Shown piece by piece: positions 14,920-29,262 of a stretch of DNA of 64,000 nt. Source of the DNA: Octopus vulgaris (taxonomy: Eukaryota); NCBI GenBank assembly GCA_951406725.2, contig OX597822.1, positions 29,574,001 through 29,638,000 on the forward strand, read 5' to 3'. Within the stretch, counting starts at the first letter, position 1, and each line of letters opens with the position of its first letter. A program made the translations under genes and the position numbers. The notes below the pieces were generated by a model. The model made no database searches. It saw only the letters and a list, made by a program, of their open reading frames with translations, and was not told the origin of the DNA.

Positions 14920-15271
14920 CATACACGCGCATGCGTGCACGCACACACATATCGCTACAACGTTATTAAGCTTCTCAAAGTAGCTGTAATGAAAGCAACT
15001 TTTACGTTTAGTCTAAGGGAATAATTATTTTCTTCCTCGCTTTATTATTATTAAGTAAACTCTCGAATAATATAATCGATTAAAGCGATTAATCATTATC
15101 TCTGTCACTTCATAGTAATTAAGGTCCTCTTGATTCCGAGAAAGGATGGAGATTTTGCTCGGATGAAACTTTAAGTAATGCGAGGTTGTGTCAACCTGTT
15201 ATTAAATACACATTTATAACTCTAAGTAGATGTGTTGAATGTTAGTTTCTTTCGTCTATCCATCCCTCGTC

Positions 15272-15942
<671 letters not shown>

Positions 15943-16216
15943 TTTAGGTTTGGTAGTACTAACGGATAAACAGAACTCAAAACATGAGTTTATGAATATA
16001 AGTTTATTTTTAATCAATAAAAGCTATAAAGTGACCCAAGGGTTGATCGTTTCGTATATAGCTGTGTGGTAAGAAGCTTACTTCCCAACCACATAGTTCC
16101 GGGTTCAGTCCCACTGCGTGGCAACTAGGGCAAGTATTTCCTACTATAGCATCGGATCCACCAAAGCCTTGTGAGTGGATTTGGTAGACGGAAAAGGAAA
16201 GAAGCCCGTCGTGTAT

Positions 16217-16255
<39 letters not shown>

Positions 16256-16311
16256 CAGAGACACACACACACACACACGCACACACACACACACACACAT
16301 ACAAATATATA

Positions 16312-16758
16312 TACTAGCAGTATTATTAAGCTAATCAAGTTCTTTCTTTCAAATCAAACTAAGTAACATCGACATCAAATCTGAGCGAAATCCGTTGAAA
16401 TTGGTAAACTTTTGGCTGAAAATGAGTTGCAGACAACCTCATAGGGAAATCCCATAAGGAATCGGTTTATCGATTTTTTTTTTGTTTTTGGAGAACTCAA
16501 AGCATTCAAAGATCCCATGAGTCCTAAGTAATGCTGGCATCAAGTTTGAACAAAATATATCAAACTTGTTAAAAGATATGGTTGAAAATGGGGTGTAGCC
16601 AATTTTATTGGGAAATCCTATAAGAACTCGGTTTATCGATTTTTTAAATCCCGATTAAATGGAAAACCTCATAAGGAATCAGCTTATTGATTTTTAACCC
16701 CAAATAGGACTTAACCGAACACAACATTGCTGATTTGAAAACATCTATATTTATACTT
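16312..16758 (+). mobile_element. Possible non-autonomous Helitron/Helentron-like fragment
   Basis: Starts TACTAGCAG after a TA tract; internal repeats of GGGAAATCCYATAAG..GGTTTATCGATTTTT and CATCAAGTTTGAACAAAAT. Confidence 0.35.
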
Positions 16759-17095
16759 TAAAGTTGGTTTTCACACCCAACCAAGTTCTGCAAAATCAGT
16801 GTCGCGACGGGAGCACCTGGGTTGGGAGTTTGATCGGCAGAGGTAATCAGGTTGCACATGCCAGCCCTTTGAAAACACTACCTCCATTATCTAACTCCCC
16901 TTTGCCTATGGGTTAGGAACCCTTCCAGCAAGAAAAATAGAATGCCCAAAAGAGCTCCCGATCCTCTGTGTCAGAAGCGGTTACCTTCAGATCACAACTA
17001 AGTCTTAAAGTATATATATATATACATAGACACACATATACACACGTACGTACGTACACCTATTGCATACATGTTTTTTGTACGCATACATGTTC

Positions 17096-17127
<32 letters not shown>

Positions 17128-17420
17128 GTTGCCCGTATATCAACAAAACACTTTTTCCTCGATGGAAGAAAAATCCAAAAAAAGTCTTAACAAAAACTTA
17201 CTTGTCGCTAGAAGGGGACTTAACTCCTGTTTGTAAAGAATGGTGGATTTCTCCGACTTGAAAATTGTTAAAAGTTTTGTCAAAATTTATTTTTACGGCT
17301 ATTCGCTGGTGCCTCTGGGAAAAATAAGTAGACGAAAATACAGCTCGGGTCATGACGAATGTCCTCCTAAAACTGGAGCCACATGCGTGCTAATTTGTGG
17401 ACGTGTATAAATTACATACA

Positions 17421-17465
<45 letters not shown>

Positions 17466-17536
17466 CCTGCGTTAGATCGTTAGCTCCTACACGCATTTTT
17501 TTCTCTCCTTGTTTCTCTCCTTGTTTTTTTTGTGTA

Positions 17537-17574
17537 TCTTTCTGTCGAAGAGCGTAGGCTCGAAACGTAAAAGA
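17537..17574 (+). ncRNA. Minimal hammerhead-like motif with variant core (CUGUCGA)
   Basis: tcttt CTGTCGA a GAGC gtag GCTC GAAAC GTA aaaga inside a ~205-bp element (17468-17674) ending in (TA)n. Confidence 0.6.
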
Positions 17575-17669
17575 CTTGTTCTATTTCTATTCCTGAGCGC
17601 CATACTAATACATTTGTTTGTTTGTACTCCACCTGCCTTCGTCTTTTGTTTATTTTCGTAAACCTTCCC

Positions 17670-17703
<34 letters not shown>

Positions 17704-17706
<3 letters not shown>

Positions 17707-17893
17707 GAAATGAAGAAAATGCTGACAAAATGATTTAAGTAATTTAAGTAATTTAATTAGGTGAAAGTTCTTTAATTTAATTAGGTGAAAGAACTTTCAC
17801 CTAATTAAATTACTTAAATTACTTAAATTATTTTGTCAGCATTTTCTTCATTTCCTTTTTTATATATCACAACTCGTGTTCCACATCTCCTTT
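17704..17893. repeat. Fold-back element between (TA)n tracts
   Basis: Inverted arms about 17704-17773 / 17788-17857; the spacer duplicates arm sequence (AATTTAATTAGGTG). Confidence 0.8.
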
Positions 17894-18168
17894 TATATAT
17901 ATATATATATATATAGGTATCAAGGTATCAAGTTAGAGGGGTTTAATACCTCTAAGCGATAATTAAATCCAGAGTCGCTCCTGGTTATTACCTGGGTAGG
18001 TACAGTCTTTTGTAAGGTTGTACGGTAGCCAGTGGTTCGGTTGATAAAACTGAGTTTATGTTATATAGGAGAAGAAAATGGATAAAATAACAATGGGAAA
18101 CTCGTGGTTTACGCTGGTATGTCTTTAATTAAATAGGTAACAATGAAGGAAGAAGCAGAGATGAGGGT

Positions 18169-18221
18169 GGCATTTACGATCGTTTCGATTTACCGGTTTA
18201 AGTAAATCTCTTCAGAATGCC
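18169..18221 (-). ncRNA. Type I hammerhead ribozyme motif
   Basis: Minus strand: GGCATT CTGAAGA GATTTAC ttaaaccg GTAAATC GAAAC GATC GTA AATGCC; all stems pair and stem III is palindromic (ACGATCGT). Confidence 0.85.
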
Positions 18222-18699
18222 AATACAGATAGATGCATCGGTTAGGATGCAAAAATAATTGATACATATGTACATATGTGATGGTAATGCAAACAAAGAG
18301 GTAATTCTTACATTAACTTTTTGTCCTTGCACTGGTAAATTCGCTGGGTGGAGGTTTGCTTGTGGGAGATTGGTTAGTTTCGTTGGGTAATTAGGGCGGG
18401 GTGAGTATTATTTAGGTGCGAGTTTCCTCATTTAATTAATCACACATATAAATAAGTATGTATTTGTGTGTCTTTGTTTGTCCCCCCCACCATCGCTTGA
18501 CAACCGATGTTGATGTGTTTACGTCCCTGTTATAGCGGTTCGGCAAAGGAGACCGATAGAATAAGTACCTGGCTTACAAAGAATAGGTGCTGGGGTCGAT
18601 TTGTTCGACTAAAGGGGGTGCTCCAGCATGGCCACAGTCAAATGACTGAAACAAGTAAAAGAATAAAAGAATAATATAATACAATACAGTATGCATACG

Positions 18700-18745
<46 letters not shown>

Positions 18746-18895
18746 AGGGACACTACCTTGTAGGGACTAGTCGATTAACATGATTTCAATATTTATTTTA
18801 AAGATTGATACTTACTTTATCGATCTCATTTTGCAAAACGATGACGTTATGGGAGTGTAAACAAACCAACAACACTAAAAGATAAACACACACAC

Positions 18896-18983
<88 letters not shown>

Positions 18984-19221
18984 GTCTGTCTATCACCCCT
19001 ACTCTCATTCTCCAACCATCGGACACACCTACAGAGAGAGCCTGTCTATACGAGGTCGCTCGACCAGTTTGAAATAATGATCAGATTCTTTCATATCACA
19101 TCCCACTGTCTTAAAAAATAAGGATGGAAACATTGGACAATGTAGTCCTAGATATAAATCTAGAAAAAACATCTATCTATCTATCTGTCTGTCTGTCTAT
19201 ATACATATATACATACATACA

Positions 19222-19296
<75 letters not shown>

Positions 19297-19316
19297 CACA
19301 CACACACACGCACACA

Positions 19317-19347
<31 letters not shown>

Positions 19348-19381
19348 ACTACATACATACATACATACATACATACATACA

Positions 19382-19417
<36 letters not shown>

Positions 19418-19560
19418 CGCACAGGGTGTCTCGTAATGATAAGACATGTTTTGAACGCAATTAAGCAGGACTAGAACAAGCGCTTTTATTGTCTAATACG
19501 TAACCATGATCACCAGTCCCTTTGTTTGAGACTGCCTGCACGCACGCATACACAAACACG

Positions 19561-19634
<74 letters not shown>

Positions 19635-20192
19635 TGAAGCCAGAAGCGAGGCACTTAATAATACTGAAGTGACAAAGATAATGAACGATTACTCGCTTAG
19701 CTGAAATGGGCGGAGAGGAAAAACCCCTCCACCCTGCTAAATCCAGCTTTAAGAAGAATCAGATATATTGTCCAAGACAGAGAAGACTGTGCTTGCATGG
19801 ACGGACATAAGATGCGTATGGAGAATAATAGTCAAGTAAAGGGGTGCGAGACGATCGAATGGGAAGGAACCCGCGGGAGACGTTAAAAAAATAAAAAGCC
19901 AAGGCAGATACAGAAGCAGTGGAGAAAACTGATTTTAAGGAGTTTAGCTTCACTAACGAAATGACAAAGAACTGTAACAAGTGGTGTGACTAAATGGTAG
20001 AGAAAATTTGACCAACTTATAAGAAAAAAAAAAAAAAAGAAGGAACTACAACAAAGGAACAAACGCAACACAAAGAAGGAGAATCACGTAGAAATCACAC
20101 AGAGCGAGAGCACACATTTGGGCGTGTAAACTGGAAGGAAAAGTATTGTATATATGTTTTTAAAGGAGTTTCAGGTGACAAAGGGATGATTG

Positions 20193-20793
<601 letters not shown>

Positions 20794-20913
20794 GCGTACA
20801 TTCCCACGGAGGTTACTTTTGAATACTAGTAAAAAGAAAAATAGTTCGTGAACTTGATAAATATTCATTTTGTAGCGCCATAGAATAGGAAGTTCTCAGA
20901 TGCAGAAGAGAGA

Positions 20914-20989
<76 letters not shown>

Positions 20990-20998
20990 GAGAGAAAG

Positions 20999-21029
<31 letters not shown>

Positions 21030-21949
21030 GAGAGATAATTAGATAGATAGATAGAGAGAGAGAGAGATGATGATGAAAGAAAAAAACGAGAGAACGACGA
21101 AAATATGGCGTTGACAATAACTTTCCTGTTCTTTCTAAGAAAGGAAGACGAAATCATTAAAAAACGTCACTTGGTTGATAAAAACAACCAAAAAACAAAA
21201 ACAAAAACGACGATCTTTACGATGTCATGTGACAGATCATGTGACACTAATGGTATTCAGGACAAATTATGTAGTCAAATGAAAAAGGAAATTCCTTGAG
21301 TTAGTGTTCTGGAACGGCCAGCACTATATAAGTTCAACTGTATATGTGTGTATGTAGGAATAACATTCACTTCAGTGTACATTAAAAACCCCAAATATAC
21401 AAGCATGCCTATTGCATTTAACTAATGAACTGTGTGCCTACTGTGTCAGTCTTCTTTTCTTACCTGTGTCTTTTTTGTCTCTCTATTTACCTGTAATTTT
21501 TACATTGACCTAAATAAAAGAAAACGTTCTGTAATATTCAATGCTTCGGTGACAAACACCATCGCAACATATCGTTGTTGCAGTTGCTCAATGAGCAAAC
21601 CAGGAACAGATAAATCTTTCTTGCTTCTCACCACATGACACTACTCTGTATGTGTGTGTGTGTGTGTGTGTGTGTTTATATATTTTACTTTTATCGGTTT
21701 CTGCTCAAAGCTGCAGCCATGCTGGCTGCACCATGCACATACATACAGACGGACACAGACACGTGCGCGCACACACACACATATACGACGGGCTTCTTTC
21801 AGTTTCCGTCTACCAAATCCATTCACAAAGCTCTGGTCGACCCGAAGCTATAGTAGAAGGCACTTGCCCCTGTAGTTGGGAACGAAGCTTCTTACCACAC
21901 AGTCACGCCTGCGTCTGTATATACATACACACACACACACACACACACG

Positions 21950-22027
<78 letters not shown>

Positions 22028-22130
22028 AAGTTAATCCAAACATGAAAACACAAAGAGAAAACACAACAACGCGAGGACGTGGAACAAGTAGAGTGTTATT
22101 GGACGCTCAGGAAAGAAGGAAAGAAGGAGG

Positions 22131-22165
22131 GTTTAACGTTTCGAGCGGAGCTCTTCGTCAGAAAC
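22131..22165 (-). ncRNA. Minimal type I hammerhead motif (element 22027-22238)
   Basis: Minus strand gttt CTGACGA a GAGC tcc GCTC GAAAC GTT aaac; homologous to 4882-4916. Confidence 0.8.
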
Positions 22166-22399
22166 ATAGGAAAAGGAAAGATTCAAAGAAGGGTAGACGG
22201 AGGAAAAAAATCGACAACGGTACACACGCGGTCACATTATGTATATATATATATACCAATTATTGATCAGACCTCGTTACCCCCCCCACACACACACATG
22301 TACGTGTTCGGACTGTTGCCATAGTAACGAAGCTAAAGCACATATTGACTTTGAACTCTGCTGTGTGCACACGCTAAGTTTTAACGTTATTTCTACTCT

Positions 22400-22800
22400 T
22401 TACAGCAGTGCTTGGAAGGAGTTATTACTTGTGACCTTAGGTAAGCACTAGCCTTCAAGTGCTTAGAACCTGCCTGATAATCTGTCCAATCCCTAACAGG
22501 CAAACTTTCTGTAAAAGCTCTACAGCACATTCTATTCCAATCTCCTACAACCATTTGTCTATATTTTTACTTAGTTCTCAACGTACCAATTATAGGCGCA
22601 ACATTTACAGTTTTCTGTGGCGTGTTCTTTTCAAGTCTTGAGAACTTTGCGGAGACTCACTGCACTGATAAGTAATACTGTTTTCTGGATGTACTCAAGT
22701 TTCATTTTTTATTCCTATTTTATCCACAACTTACACATTTCTTTGCTCACTCTACCTAAGGCACCAAATATCATTGGCACAATATACATCACTTTCAATA
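22400..22800 (-). mobile_element. Two tandem 3' fragments of R4/Dong-type (RLE) LINEs
   Basis: IVPMIFGALGRVSK...IQKTVLLISAVSLRKVLKT* followed by VAPIIGTL..KNIDKWL.EIGI...LQKVCLLGIGQIIRQVLST*. Confidence 0.6.
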
Positions 22801-23695
22801 ACCATAGTTTTAGGTCAAAATCTAGATGACTTTTGCTAAAGTTTGTTAGTTTTTACTTTTGCCAAACTCCACTCAACAAAACATTACGAAGCAGAACCGT
22901 AATGTAAAGCTCCCATTTTGAGAAGCTCACTCTACAAAATATCTCTTTCTACTGGAGAAAGGGGAAGAGAGATAATCGATTTCATTGACCACAGTGCTGA
23001 ATTGGTACTCATCTTATCGACCCTGAAAGGATGAAAGGCCATACGACCTCAGCAGAATTTGAACTCGAAAACTAAAACCGGAAGAAAATGCTGCTAACGA
23101 TTCCATCAGTTCATTGTCTTCCCTCCTCAAAATCTTACAATAAATGTTAGATGAATATTATATTTGGATGGAACTCTAGGACCGGAATTCACCCGAAATT
23201 GCCAAAACTTCAGAGGTTATGGGGTGGAATGATATTTATATGTGTGACACTTCAAATAGCAAGATTCTTTTCTTATTAAAGAAATTAAAATTTCAACACT
23301 CTAGGCCAGAGGTAGGGAAACTTTTTAGTACGGCGGGCAGAAATTTTCAAAGAAAAAGGTCTGCGGGCAGATCATATGTTCTGACTCTTTTATCTGTGTG
23401 GATGTCTATGTATAATCCGATATACATTAATAAAGATAAGTTTAACACATTAAACATATCGCATAACATCTTCATTAATGCCGCCACTGAATTTAGGACG
23501 TTTATATTACTTATGAGGTATTCTATATTTTTCAAAAAGTACTTATCCTAATGTTGGAGAAATCATAACAGTCAGGCACAGACCGAATTTAATTTTGAAA
23601 AATTACATTAATAACTAAATAGTATTATGTGTAAATGACATAGTCAAACAAATTTATCCTAGTGATAATTTTATCAAAGCTAATAAACCCTAACT

Positions 23696-25615
23696 TTAAG
23701 ATTTGGCTTTGTTTAGTGAGAATGATGAAACAAACTTTTTTCTTTTTTTTTGAAAGTTTAGGAATATCACGTCTATTGAAGAAAGTGGTATTCTTAGTTT
23801 ACTCGGGTTTTCGTTAGTAAGTCTGGTACGAAGACGATTTTTTGCATAATTCAATTTGGGAAAAAGCTGTTCATATTGATAAGTTGTCGAATATTGTGAT
23901 ACGAATTTCAAGGCATTTTTATGTAAAGCAGGGAATTTCTCAAGATTGATGAGCTTGTAGAAGTCCAATAAAGTCGGATTACTATATTTCGATTTTATTA
24001 AGTTATCCGACGGCAAACCAATTAATTCTAATTATTAGGAATCCGGATCCTCCTCAGGACACATATCAAAAGGTGTTTTCAAAACACGAAGTTCGATTTT
24101 ATCTTGTAGTTCTTCAAATCTAATTTCAAATTTCTTCAAAAAACTTTCATATTCGTCAGAATATTCCTTTGTTGATTCGGGATGTTGTTCGCTCAATTTC
24201 GGAAAATGTTTGAAGCACTTTCTTTTCAATTGTGTGACAAATGAATGAAGCATCAATTGAAGGCTTTTGATATGAAAAAGTAAACTAGTTATTAGTTGAT
24301 TGGAGCTTTGCAGTTTCAAGTTCAAATTATTTAAATGACTAGTTATATCTACTAAAAATGCTAAATCACTTTGAAACTTTTTATCTTCCAGTTCTATAAT
24401 CGGAACACCTTTAATATCCATAAAAATTTTCACTCCTTCCTTCAGTTCAAAAATTAACTTAAGCATTTGGGCCTTACTTAACCACAAACTCCACAATGGT
24501 ACAATAAATCCCCATATTCGGCTTCAAGAAATTTCAAATTTCTTTAAATTCCCTATTATTCAACCTTTTGCTTTTTAAAAAATTAACGGCCTTAGTTACA
24601 ACTTTCATTACCATTGCCCCTCTTGATAGATTTTGCACATAAACTTTACATAAGGATCTTCCCTAATGTTGAATTTTGCAGTTAGTGCACGTACAAATAT
24701 TGCCATCTGAGCAGTAATTAGACAGATCAGTTGCCTCATCAATAACCAATGAATACAATACGAATTCTGAATCAGATTTTAGAGAATTTTGAGTGTCATC
24801 AGCAATATCTTTAATACGATTAGAAACAGTTCTTGATAAGCTAATATTTCCAGACAAATTAAGTTTTTCTGGGCATATATTCTCAACAGCAGTAAGGGTA
24901 CATTCTTTCACGAATTCAAGGTGGCGAGGTGGTGGAAACGTTAACACGCCGGGCGAAATGCTTGGCGGTCTTCACGTTCTGAGTTCAAATTCAGCCGAGG
25001 TCGACTTTGCCTTTCCTCCTTCGAGGTCAATAAATTAAGTACCAGTTGCGTACTGAGGTCAGTCTAATCGACTGGCCCCCTACCCCAAAATTTCGGGCCT
25101 TGTGCCTAGAGTAGAAAAGATTCTTTCACGAATTCTCCATCGCTATGTGGTTAGAGTTTTTTAGCAATATTTTCGTATACCGCAGAACTAGCTCGAGTAA
25201 CTGATTAACTTTGAAGAATTGGCCTTTAAAAAAAAACTTCTCTTTTGGTCAGATTTTCTTGTCAAAACGTTCAGATTCTTTCAAATTTCCATAAGTCTTA
25301 TGCTTACTGACAAAATGCCTCCCTATATTATATTTTTTATGAACGGCTACTTGTTCGTTGCAAATAAGACGAATGCACTTATCTTTTTCATTAAAAAAAG
25401 TTTGTTAGTTTTTACTTTTGCCAAACTCCACTCAACAAAACATTACGAAGCAGAACCGTAATGTAAAGCTCCCATTTTGAGAAGCTCACTCTACAAAATA
25501 TCTCTTTCTACAAGAGAAAGGGGAAGGGAGATAATCGATTTTCAGTTCATTTTTCATCAAACAAAGCAAGTTCACCAGCACTTCTTTTTATAAGATTTTT
25601 ATAACCGCTTGCCAT
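23696..25615 (-). pseudogene. Disrupted hAT transposase (GTF2IRD2/SPIN-like)
   Basis: BED-finger remnant (LICNEQVAVHKKYNIGRHFVSKH), ISLSRTVSNRI, YSLVIDEATD, WLSK, LAFLVDITSHLNNLNLKLQ, STTYQYEQLF; stops, frameshifts and insertions. Confidence 0.85.
24918..25119 (+). mobile_element. Family A SINE inserted in the transposase with a 16-bp TSD
   Basis: ATTCTTTCACGAATTC duplicated at 24902-24917 and 25120-25135. Confidence 0.9.
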
Positions 25616-25905
25616 ATTGATAAGGATATTGAAAAATTGATTTAACAAAGTTAAGAAAGTTATAAACCGGTTAAATTTATATTATCAATTTTTGTTATTA
25701 CCACTGCCTGGGAAACGCAAAAGCCAACTGGCTTGTTGTCGTAATGCATGCATTTAGTGTTGTGAAAATTGTAAAAAATAAAAATCTGCAAAAAATTAAG
25801 GTATTGTTTGGTCCTGCAAGGTTTCATTTGATTTTTTTCTCTTTCTCTTGTCCCCACTGGTGTTGACAAGCGAGTGGATAGAGAAGGGCGATAACTGATA
25901 AGTCA

Positions 25906-26436
25906 ATTTCTTGAGGTTTAGAAAAAGAGGGGACGATACGAGGCAGACAAAACAAACATTGGGGTCAAGGTATTGAATGAGACGAAACGTATGAATAAAC
26001 AAACAATTAAAATATATACAATTAAATGAGAATGAGTGATTTACAAAAAATGAAGCGGAGGACGCGGTCGACCCCACAAACCACATACTCACACTGAAGG
26101 CTTTGCTTTCTCCTTTTTATATTCTCGTTTAAACAGGTTCTTTCACTCGCAACATACTTGTTATAGACTTCCATCATTTACGAAACACACTTTGCGACAG
26201 GCATTTCTTCTCCAGCCTTATTTTCCGTTTCATGTGGAAAACGAAAAAGTCGATTAGCTCGAGACTGGAGATGAACATGCCTGTTGCAATTTCTTTCATT
26301 CTCGTCTTCCATACTACTTCTTTCGCCACAGTAACTACCGAGAGAAAACAAGCTCGCTCCTCCCTATTCAGGGAGTTCGGCGGAAGATCTTAATTACAGA
26401 TTCGCTCGACAGTTGTACTCTTCTCGAATGCGACAG
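25906..26436 (-). mobile_element. L1/Tx1-clade LINE 3' end nested in the hAT element
   Basis: LNREERACFLSVVTVAKEVVWKTRMK...LIDFFVFHMKRKIRLEKKCLS, homologous to the LINE at 62265-64000, followed by a 3' UTR. Confidence 0.7.
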
Positions 26437-27187
26437 ATAAGTCGATGGCAGATGAAAGTAACGCCATCGACTGATAGCAAAAATGCAACATCCCTTACGA
26501 AAAGCGTTATTTTTCACTGCTTTTTCAGAAAAAAGTTAGTAATATTTTTTTATAATCCTGTTCGCAAAGCATTTAATTAGTAGTTTCTGTTTCGATGAAG
26601 CTTTACCAATTTGTTTTTGATTTTTGATAGATTTTAAAATGTTTTGCTTATCGATTGACAGAAAGAGGGTGAGTGTCGATTTCGGAGATTTTTTTCCTAA
26701 AAACGTGAAAAAGGAAATACTTGTGTTCTAGTATATGAACGATTTTTTACACTGTATCTTCTACAACCTTCAGCTTTCGTTTCATTTATACATGTTTCAT
26801 TCGATACATGCAATTTATTTTCTAGTTTTCTCAGCTAAAGTGTAGTTGGGTCTCAAGGGGGTGGTACAAACCTAGCAATATATGTTTTATAGTGAAAACA
26901 AAATTTCCATTCAAATGGCAATTACCGGAGGATTTCTGTTCGAGTCTGACCGTTTTAAGTGGTAGCGGAAACACGACCTATGTCTCAAATAGCTATAGGA
27001 ATAATGTATAAATTTTATAATTGAAAACTTTACTTTACTTTGTACATACGAGTATATCAGCCAGCGGGCGCAATTGCGTCCGCGGACGGGGGTTTCCATA
27101 TCCCTGCTCTACGTTAAAACTTTGAGCCATTACTGGGTAAAACATTGGTAAATAAAATAAGGCAAGCATACACAGACAGACAGACAG

Positions 27188-27219
<32 letters not shown>

Positions 27220-27548
27220 ACATACACACACACATACACACACACACAGGAAATCGCTTGTGAGTATCCCACCAGACTTCTTATAGTGAGTGCACAATGA
27301 TTGAAGAGGTATACCCACATCAATAGCGGAAGCGGAAATGGTCTAAATTAGGAACTGAAATTTGCAGACCGTGAAAATAAAGCATGCAGAAAAATCTTTC
27401 TTATGGGTTGCACGCATGTATGTATGTATGTATGTATGTATGTATGTATGTATGTATGTATGTATGTATGTATGTATGTATGTATGTATGTATGTATGTA
27501 TGTATGTATGTATGTATGTATTTATGTATGTATGTACGTATGTATGAA

Positions 27549-27579
<31 letters not shown>

Positions 27580-27699
27580 ATGTTACATATATCTATATGC
27601 AAACATACAGACATATATATATATATACATACGTACGCACAAACACATATATGTATACTATGAATGAATAATATTCTATTCTTTTATGTCTGTATGTAA

Positions 27700-27747
<48 letters not shown>

Positions 27748-28017
27748 ATATATATGTAATATTGATAATATTGTATTATATTTTATATATATATATACAC
27801 ACATACACACATGCATGCGTTCGTACATGTATACATAAATACTCGTGCTCATACAAACACATGTGTGTATCTTGTATGTGTGTGTGTGTATGTATGTGTC
27901 TGTATGCGTCTATAAGCGCAATTATATCAGTGGTTGCTGTGATCTATTGTTTTGCATTTGGTCTATATATAATAAACCTAAACATGTTCACACTTGTTAT
28001 ATACAGTTTCATGTTGC

Positions 28018-28154
28018 AATCAACTTCAATAGCTTACAATTGTTTCTGCTCTTCGATGCGGTATACTCACAGCTGAATGCTTGTCCATCACAGTTCTGAG
28101 TGCACTGCATCTGACAGCAGAAACAAGCTGTGCTGTAAGCTAATGAAATTGATT
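28018..28154 (+). ncRNA. Candidate long imperfect RNA hairpin (pri-miRNA-like / dsRNA)
   Basis: 137-nt stem-loop with 15-nt loop, about 50 paired positions, four G-U pairs on the + strand; not seen elsewhere in the window. Confidence 0.4.
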
Positions 28155-28409
28155 ACGTAATTGCTATTCCTTTGTCGTTCTTTTAATTTCGTATTCCCCT
28201 CTGTACTCGACTAACGCTTTATTCTGACACACACACACACACGTGCACGCACGCGCACGCACGCGCACGCACACACACGCACGCGCACGCACACACACTA
28301 GTATTGCTATGCTTATACGAACTGTTAAGTATCTTTATTACATATATGTATAATCATAAAATCTAATACAATATTATATATGCATGCATATATGATATAT
28401 AATATATAT

Positions 28410-28594
28410 AGGCGTAGGAGTGGCTGTGTGGTAAGTAGCTTGGTTACGAATCACATGGTTCTGGGTTCAGTCCCACTGCGTGGCACCTTGGGCAAGTGTC
28501 TTCTACTATATCCTCGGGCCGACCAAAGCCTTGTGAATGGATTTGGTAGACGGAAACTGAAAGAAGCCCGTCGTATATATGTATATATATATGT

Positions 28595-28657
<63 letters not shown>

Positions 28658-28866
28658 ATGTATATGTATATGTGTGTGTGTGTGTGTATGTTCCTGTGTC
28701 TGTGTTTATGTCCCCGTAACGTAGCGGTTCGGCAAGAGACCGATAGAGTAAGTACTAGGCTTACAAAGAATAAGTCCTGGGGTCGATTTGCTCGACTAAA
28801 GGCGGTACTCCAGCATAGCCACAGTCAAATGACTAAAACAAGTAAAAGAGTAAAGAGTAAAGAGTA
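28410..28866 (+). mobile_element. tRNA/CORE-like SINE, family B, full length with internal microsatellite
   Basis: GGCGTAGGAGTGGCTGTGTGGTAAG...GGTTCAGTCCC...ACCTTGGGCAAGTG...(TA)n(TG)n...AAGTAAAAGAG tail; many partial copies (8967, 12184, 16058, 18470, 21690, 39465, 52880, 53255). Confidence 0.85.
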
Positions 28867-29048
28867 TAATACAAACAAATAGGCAAGTGATTGTTTAACC
28901 AACACATTAAACAGATCATCGATTTGTTAATTGGTAAAATATTTAACCAATTGACTAACAATAAAGAAGTGGAATTGATCTTGTTCATGTATCATTAATA
29001 TTGACATAGTGACTCCCAAGACACATAAAAATACATACATACACACAC

Positions 29049-29077
<29 letters not shown>

Positions 29078-29084
<7 letters not shown>

Positions 29085-29262
29085 GAAATAAGGTACTCAG
29101 AAATCTGGATGGTTTTATAAATCTGGACGCAAGCGCTAATATATGATATATAAAAACATGTGACCATATTAATTAATATCTGTAAATATAAAACCATCTA
29201 GATTTCTGAGTACCTTATTCCTTCTAATATATAATACCTGTACATCATCTCCAAACCTTCTA

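Larger units (their letters stand above)
23307..27106 (-). mobile_element. hAT (Buster/SPIN-like) DNA transposon with nested insertions
   Basis: TIRs CAGAGGTAGGGAAAC / GTTTCCATATCCCTG; degenerate 8-bp TSD CTCTAGGC (23299-23306) / CTCTACGT (27107-27114); transposase remnant inside. Confidence 0.7.

Noticed and set aside
28088-28108. Resemblance of the hairpin's minus strand (CAGUGCACUCAGAACU) to vertebrate miR-148
   Set aside because: Short gapped match, would fall on the wrong arm, and the family is not known from this lineage; likely coincidence.
28071-28132. Possible exon 2 of the claudin-like gene (minus; ttacag ... gtgagt, phase-compatible, SQLVSAVRCSALRTVMDKHSA)
   Set aside because: Weak polypyrimidine tract, no clear family motif and overlap with the hairpin; cannot be supported without RNA-seq.
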